From assembly GCF_000270205.1 (NCBI RefSeq), contig NC_015913.1, forward strand, positions 1,080,001-1,112,000: a stretch of DNA of 32,000 bases, read 5' to 3'. This stretch comes from Candidatus Arthromitus sp. SFB-mouse-Japan (GTDB lineage: Bacteria > Bacillota > Clostridia > Clostridiales > Clostridiaceae). This document shows, one piece after another, positions 27,801-32,000 of the stretch. The translations under genes were made by a program, and so were the position numbers. The stretch's first letter is position 1; each line of letters begins with the position of its first letter. Below the pieces are notes generated by a model. That model worked only from the letters and a program-made list of their open reading frames with translations, was not told the DNA's origin and searched no databases.

Positions 27801-28434
27801 CACGAGGTGCTACTCCATACAAATTACTATTTATATTCCCACCTGCACAAGCAATTGAAGCGACCTCTGTCCCATGACCCTTATAGTCACCTTCATTAAT
27901 AACACTAAAAGGATTCTCATTTCTTAATGCCTCATTTATTTGCTCAGAATTATAAAGAGTTCCAGTAGAAGGATTGTACATATATTTAATTCTTGTTGTT
28001 CCATCACTATTTCTAAATGCATTGATCGTATAATCAATTCCCGAATCTATAAATGCAATAACAACACCCGAGCCATATAACTTTTGAGAATTATTAAGAT
28101 CAAAAACACAAGAATTAAAATTAGAACTCGAATCATCTAGTATAATCGGATATGAAAAATCAAAATAAATTTCCTTATCTAAAGCATTTGAAATATCATT
28201 TATCGTGTCCAAATTTCCAATATCTAAATGAATAATCCCAAAATCACCTCTTAATGGACGATGTTCAACATTTAGATCTCCCAAAAAACTTTTAACGCCT
28301 TCTACATTTCTAGAGCGGTAAATTATAGGTACTTTGTCATTTAGCGTAAACTTATCATGCACAAATGCCTTATAAAGCTTAGACCTCCTATAAATAGATC
28401 TCTCTTCCAAAATCAATTTTAAAATTTCACTCAT
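24859..28434 (-). CDS. Tandem double subtilisin-like (S8) serine protease without signal peptide; CspBA-like germination protease fusion
   Basis: 1191 aa. First half: VIAFIDSGIDY (Asp), GHGTEVASIA (His), VSGTSFSAPIVSG (Ser). Second half: VAIVDTGIDY (Asp), GHGTSMAGIT (His), MSGSSVAAAVSAG (Ser). Both halves end with a KNKPNL...YPN..(W/Y)GYG motif. The size (two ~580-aa units), the cytoplasmic N-terminal prodomain and the long insertion between His and Ser fit clostridial Csp proteases. Confidence 0.75.
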   Translation of the reverse strand: MSEILKLILEERSIYRRSKLYKAFVHDKFTLNDKVPIIYRSRNVEGVKSFLGDLNVEHRPLRGDFGIIHLDIGNLDTINDISNALDKEIYFDFSYPIILDDSSSNFNSCVFDLNNSQKLYGSGVVIAFIDSGIDYTINAFRNSDGTTRIKYMYNPSTGTLYNSEQINEALRNENPFSVINEGDYKGHGTEVASIACAGGNINSNLYGVAPRASIISVNSTTNIDSTIVLFHTIMMGLDFLAEKQDEEGFPLVVNLSFSTNYGAHTGTTLLAEYVSNFAARENTTVVVSAGNEGGAAHHKSGNIVSEGENVEIEISGNHEVIIVSLYKGILSDVVITISSPSTGVSQLIRLTEGNQRVRVGGDLVNVLYTGPTRYNVFGECLITIESYRNSTIEEGVWSINIKLCNEFESTYNMWLPTNESVGKGTRFLKPDNNDTLGSPATVYNVISVGSYNYRRESVSIFSGRGSINNKDNLKPDILAPGEDVRVIGIGGKEYVVSGTSFSAPIVSGICALLMEWGIINKNKPNLYGEVIKYFLIRGANRVKNISYPNNSYGYGFVCGSKAFIDVEESINNILYDIRMTQIQANREEDKEIINPIQTYDPLDNINVLKYDDMNINLCPLNSLSDDSRVEFLMTVQNNMKFIDGDYCIYPLKEESEEVYLSILSVPIDKLDVLYERYFPDGSVDIQTSYYYTLCSESISPLSDSGIYQTQSNEYLDLTGRNVIVAIVDTGIDYLNENFMDEFNQTRILEIWDQTIDEDTHQPNVLFGKIYTKEDIDSAIRVKRNGGDPYTIVPSRDTNGHGTSMAGITSSSGIGLVRGAAPESNIVVVKLRELSSNLREVLDFPKDIPIYNEVVLYLALRYLRSIRFKYNKPVSVVLPLQTNAGYHSGESFVSKQITEYSQNSGFVISVPCGDQANKQIHVEGQIYKENQEGVIEFFADKGQTRLAIDIFIENYSKVSFYVISPSGERTREFDVKGVIYNNYSFKFLLEQTEMKIFCEIRQTSVSIIQDIEILFNNLKSGIWQIIIMSKDNFPVKYDAYLPIKELLKPDTRFLNSTSISTITQPSSAHLAIAMAYYNQNLTSIVTKSGQGFTLDNRVVPLLAAGGIDILTIGKGGREILMSGSSVAAAVSAGGIALILEWGIVKKNKPNLNSTIIMWLFVSSAITPKGYEYPNRYWGYGILNIRNVFDILR

Positions 28435-28553
28435 TTACTACCTATTTTAAAAATTATTCTATAATAAACTATATTTTCAAATACTAATAGTTGATTGTTA
28501 TTAAAAATATTTTTTGTTAAAATTGAATTAATAATAATTTTATGGAGGTTCTT

Positions 28554-30380
28554 ATGTGCGGTATAGTTGGATATGCAGGATCGAAGAATGCTTTACCTAT
28601 ATTAATTCATGGACTAAAAAAGCTTGAATACAGGGGTTACGATTCATCAGGGATTGCTGTATTATCTCAAGGATCCATATTTATAGAAAAATCAAAAGGT
28701 AACATTTCAAATTTAGAAAGTAAATTATCTCATCTAAAAATAACGAGCAATATTGGAATAGGTCATACAAGATGGGCAACTCATGGTGAGCCTTCAGATA
28801 TAAATTCTCATCCACATACAAATTCAATAAACACAATTGCTATAGTACACAATGGAATAATAGAAAACTACATTGAGCTTAAACACTTGTTACAAAACAA
28901 TCTTAATATCAAATTAAAATCAGAAACTGATACGGAAGTTATAGCACACTTAATAGATCATCTATGGAATGGAAATTTATTGAGTACACTCTATAAAGTT
29001 GTTCAAAAATTAACTGGATCATACGCTATAAGTGTAATCGCAAAAGATGATCCTGACAAAATAATAGCCGTAAGAAAGGATAGTCCACTTATAATTGGAA
29101 TTGGTGAAAATGAGAACTTTATAGCATCAGACATACCAGCAATTTTAAAATACACAAGAAAAGTATTATTAATCGAAAATAATGAATTTGTTGAAATTAC
29201 AAAAGACTCTATCAAGATATACGATGAATTTGAAAATCCTATTGAAAGAAAAGAAATTGAAATTACATGGCAAATTGAAGAGGCTGAGAAAGAAAATTTT
29301 GATCATTTCACATTAAAAGAAATTCATGAACAGCCAAGAGCTTTAAAAAACACTTTAAATAACAATATAAATGGAAATAAATTAAATATCCAAGATCTAA
29401 ATATAACAGAAGAAGAACTAAGAACCTTCAATAAATTTTACATTGTAGGATGTGGGACAGCCTATAATGCAGGATTAATTGGAAAATATATTTTTAGAAA
29501 ATTTGCACATATAGATATTAACTGCGAAATAGCATCAGAATTTAGATATAACGATCCAATAATTGATGATAAAACCTTAGTCATTTGTATTTCACAGTCT
29601 GGTGAAACCCTAGATACTATTCAAAGTTTAAGACTTGCAAAGGAGAAAGGTGCAAAAATATTAAGCATAGTTAATATTGTTGGCTCTTCAATAACTCGTG
29701 AATCAGATTATATATTCTACACAATTGGAGGTCCTGAAATAGGAGTTGCATCAACAAAAATTTTCACATGCCAATTACTTGCTCTGAATCTTATTGCTTT
29801 AAAATTTGGAAAATTATTAAATATTTTAGATGACAAACAAGTCGAAGAGCTTTTAAAAGAACTTAAAACAATTCCAGAAAAAGCTCAAACGATATTAGAC
29901 GACAAACAAAAAATTAAAGATATTGCACAAAAGCAATTCAAAAATGAAAACATATTTTATATGGGACGTAATATAGACATGGATATTTCATTTGAGTCTA
30001 GCCTTAAACTCAAAGAAATCTCATATATAAATTCTTTTGCAATAGGTGCTGGAGAATTAAAACATGGAACGATTGCACTTGTTGACGATAAAACTTTTGT
30101 TGTTGCTCTCTCAACTCAAGAAAAATTAATAGAAAAGATGATAGCTAATATAAAAGAAGTAAAAGCACGTGGTGCAAAAGTACTAACCGTTACAAAAGAA
30201 ACTACAAAATTTTTAAATGATTGTTGTGACGAAATAATATTAATTCCTGAAACATTAGATATCTTCACTCCTCTATTATCTATAATTCCAATGCAACTTC
30301 TTGCTTATTATATTTCTACACTCAGAGGTAACAACGTTGACAAACCTCGTAATCTCGCAAAATCTGTAACAGTTGAATAA
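28554..30380 (+). CDS. glmS: Glutamine--fructose-6-phosphate aminotransferase (isomerizing)
   Basis: MCGIVGYAG N-terminal nucleophile, followed by GHTRWATHG, HNGIIENY, two SIS domains (ISQSGETLDT) and a C-terminal DKPRNLAKSVTVE. Start refined to ATG 28554 so that Cys is residue 2. The GGAGG at 28544-28548 lies inside the four extra codons of the ORF track. Confidence 0.97.
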   Translation: MCGIVGYAGSKNALPILIHGLKKLEYRGYDSSGIAVLSQGSIFIEKSKGNISNLESKLSHLKITSNIGIGHTRWATHGEPSDINSHPHTNSINTIAIVHNGIIENYIELKHLLQNNLNIKLKSETDTEVIAHLIDHLWNGNLLSTLYKVVQKLTGSYAISVIAKDDPDKIIAVRKDSPLIIGIGENENFIASDIPAILKYTRKVLLIENNEFVEITKDSIKIYDEFENPIERKEIEITWQIEEAEKENFDHFTLKEIHEQPRALKNTLNNNINGNKLNIQDLNITEEELRTFNKFYIVGCGTAYNAGLIGKYIFRKFAHIDINCEIASEFRYNDPIIDDKTLVICISQSGETLDTIQSLRLAKEKGAKILSIVNIVGSSITRESDYIFYTIGGPEIGVASTKIFTCQLLALNLIALKFGKLLNILDDKQVEELLKELKTIPEKAQTILDDKQKIKDIAQKQFKNENIFYMGRNIDMDISFESSLKLKEISYINSFAIGAGELKHGTIALVDDKTFVVALSTQEKLIEKMIANIKEVKARGAKVLTVTKETTKFLNDCCDEIILIPETLDIFTPLLSIIPMQLLAYYISTLRGNNVDKPRNLAKSVTVE

Positions 30381-30388
30381 AAAAATAT

Positions 30389-30418
30389 AAAAGGCTACTA
30401 GTTAACTAGTGGCCTTTT
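30389..30418. terminator. Bidirectional terminator hairpin shared by convergent glmS and the DUF4214 gene
   Basis: AAGGCTACTAGT-TAAC-TAGTGGCCTT (one G-U pair), flanked by an A-run and a T-run. The stop codon and last codons of the minus-strand gene (..KRPLVN*) lie inside the stem. Confidence 0.7.
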
Positions 30419-32000
30419 ATTTATATTATTTTCCTTTATAAGCTCAATCATTACCTGCTCATTAAATCTACTGTAAAATTCATCACTGTTAGATATATCA
30501 ATAAATATTTTTTTGATACTCTCCTTAGCACCTAAAATCCCTTTTAGATTATCAAATTCAGAAGACCAAAACTCAATTCCAGAATCATCTGGGTACCTGT
30601 CAAAAATAACATCATATATATTATTTATTACCCAAGTAGTTTCAACATTGTCTCCTTGACTTTCAATATAAGATTTAAAATTTGAAAACTTATGTTTATT
30701 AGAAACAAATAAAATTTTAAGATCATCGAGCTCATCTTCCAAAACATCTATATTAAATCTTTCTTTATAATAAATCTTAATAAACTCATCCATAGAATAA
30801 TTTAGGTCATCAAGCATCATATATTTCAAATTCACAACATTATAAGAACCCAAATAATATATAGTCTTCCTAGTCTTAATCTTATCTATAAAAATCGTCT
30901 TCGTTTTTCCATTGAGCGTATATTTTATAACTACATCTTCATAAATTGTTGATGGTTCAAGATTTTCAATATAAAATTTTCCATTTTTATAGACCACTTC
31001 CGCATTATCAATAGAAATATAAAATTTAGTATAGGAATTCGGATAATTTTTAAATTCATCACTCAAAAATAATTCTACAGAATCAGTACTACCCTTACTT
31101 CTATTAAGTTCATAATAATCCATAACATAAAAATCTTCATGTTGGTTCCCATACCTAAAATCCATTTTATTATCAGAAAATTCCATATAAGTTGTAACTT
31201 CTGGAATTTCTCTCTCATCCATTTTAAGATCACTTAATATCGTCCTAAAATCTTCTGTATCCATCATATTTTTAACAATACGCATATACGCATCATTATC
31301 TTTCAAATAATAATTAGTTTTATATTGATAATGTATACTTTTCCAATGCTCCAATTCTTCCGCTGTTATATATTGAGCAAATACAGCTGAAAATATTCTA
31401 CCTATAGTCTCATCTATTGAATTCACATTATATAAAACATATGGATCCTGAAGTATGTCTAAAATAAATTCTTCTGGAGTAATTTCCCTCATCAAAATTT
31501 TATGTTCCCAAATATGATAATCAATATATTTAACTGATGATCTAAGAGTATATTGCAATCTTTTTGATATAAATTGCTTCAACGGATCATTAGACTTAGT
31601 TGTCTTAAAATTTTTAATCTCAATCACATATCTATCTTTCCCACGAAAAGCTTCAATGAATACTGAATCATAAAAAAAATCTGGTATGAGATTAGATACT
31701 ACTATATCCCCGTTATCATATTCAACTTTATAATTTTTATTATTAATTATGCAATCTGCCGCATTCAAAAACTCTTTGTTCAAATGTTCTGAAGTTATTC
31801 TTATAGATGAATCTGTAATTTTTGATGAGTTAATTTCATGAGAAGTAAAGGAGTAATCAATGCAACTCTCAACATAATTCCTGAAACTTACAGTTTTTGC
31901 ATTATAAGAATTAATTGCTAAAACATTTTTTTCAAATAAAACAAAAGTGGATATGAAAATTAAACAAAAAACTACAAATATATATCTAATTTCCCTTAAA
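30398..32000 (-). CDS. Fifth, shorter family member: membrane-anchored protein with one FN3-like module and DUF4214-like C-terminus; N-terminus at or just beyond the right window edge
   Basis: The C-terminus is IYDVIFDRYPDDSGIEFWSSEFDNL...ISNSDEFYSRF (DUF4214 pattern). The FN3-like signature is IENLEPSTIYEDVVIKYTLNGKTKTIFIDKIKT. The ORF track starts at TTG 31783, but the same frame has no stop up to nt 31999. My manual translation is ...LREIRYIFVVFCLIFISTFVLFEKNVLAINSYNAKTVSFRNYVESCIDYSFTSHEINSSKITDSSIRITSEH-LNKEF..., which includes an N-terminal hydrophobic anchor. Confidence 0.7.
   Translation of the reverse strand, partial: LREIRYIFVVFCLIFISTFVLFEKNVLAINSYNAKTVSFRNYVESCIDYSFTSHEINSSKITDSSIRITSEHLNKEFLNAADCIINNKNYKVEYDNGDIVVSNLIPDFFYDSVFIEAFRGKDRYVIEIKNFKTTKSNDPLKQFISKRLQYTLRSSVKYIDYHIWEHKILMREITPEEFILDILQDPYVLYNVNSIDETIGRIFSAVFAQYITAEELEHWKSIHYQYKTNYYLKDNDAYMRIVKNMMDTEDFRTILSDLKMDEREIPEVTTYMEFSDNKMDFRYGNQHEDFYVMDYYELNRSKGSTDSVELFLSDEFKNYPNSYTKFYISIDNAEVVYKNGKFYIENLEPSTIYEDVVIKYTLNGKTKTIFIDKIKTRKTIYYLGSYNVVNLKYMMLDDLNYSMDEFIKIYYKERFNIDVLEDELDDLKILFVSNKHKFSNFKSYIESQGDNVETTWVINNIYDVIFDRYPDDSGIEFWSSEFDNLKGILGAKESIKKIFIDISNSDEFYSRFNEQVMIELIKENNINKRPLVN

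Noticed and set aside
19415-29215. Nested ORFs 19415-19618, 19810-20049, 23405-23641, 24385-24579, 25964-26155 and 29003-29215
   Set aside because: Each lies inside a confidently identified longer gene (aminotransferase-like, radA, zinc-ribbon, subtilase, glmS) in another frame or on the other strand.
1-32000. CRISPR arrays, tRNA/rRNA genes, prophage or defence-island gene content
   Set aside because: No regularly spaced direct repeats, no cloverleaf-like G/C-rich segments and no phage, integrase, restriction or toxin-antitoxin-like ORFs were seen.
1-32000. Species-level assignment (e.g. an epithelium-attached, spore-forming, flagellated gut Clostridia lineage)
   Set aside because: It is compatible with the composition and gene content but cannot be verified without a database search, so no organism is named.

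Overview
Very AT-rich, low-GC Firmicutes (Clostridia-like) chromosomal segment from what looks like a motile spore-former, since chemoreceptor, flagellin-like and Csp-type germination protease genes are all present. Nearly all genes lie on the minus strand. No rRNA, tRNA, CRISPR array or intact mobile element was seen. From left to right: a partial M28 peptidase and a family-5 ABC peptide-binding lipoprotein; then a ~14 kb accessory-looking block (2323-16372). This block holds four tandem paralogous ~1100-aa surface proteins. Three have lipoprotein signal peptides. All have hypervariable low-complexity N-terminal linkers, several FN3-like modules and a conserved double DUF4214-like C-terminus. 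An 85-aa DUF1659-like gene is embedded in the block. Next come a NodB-type polysaccharide deacetylase, a CaCA Na+/Ca2+-exchanger-type membrane protein, and a minimal divergent flagellin-like gene (+ strand) whose leader carries sigma-D-like and CsrA-like motifs. These are followed by a degenerate PatB/MalY-like aminotransferase, a methyl-accepting chemotaxis protein, radA, a transposase-derived zinc-ribbon/HTH protein, a 1191-aa tandem double-subtilase (CspBA-like), glmS (+ strand), and a fifth, shorter FN3/DUF4214 protein running off the right edge. The best candidate for something undescribed is the tandem DUF4214 surface-protein array. It has conserved recombination-prone ends, a duplicated 5' cassette and one paralog with no signal peptide and no Shine-Dalgarno. 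All family assignments come from motif recognition by eye; no searches were run.
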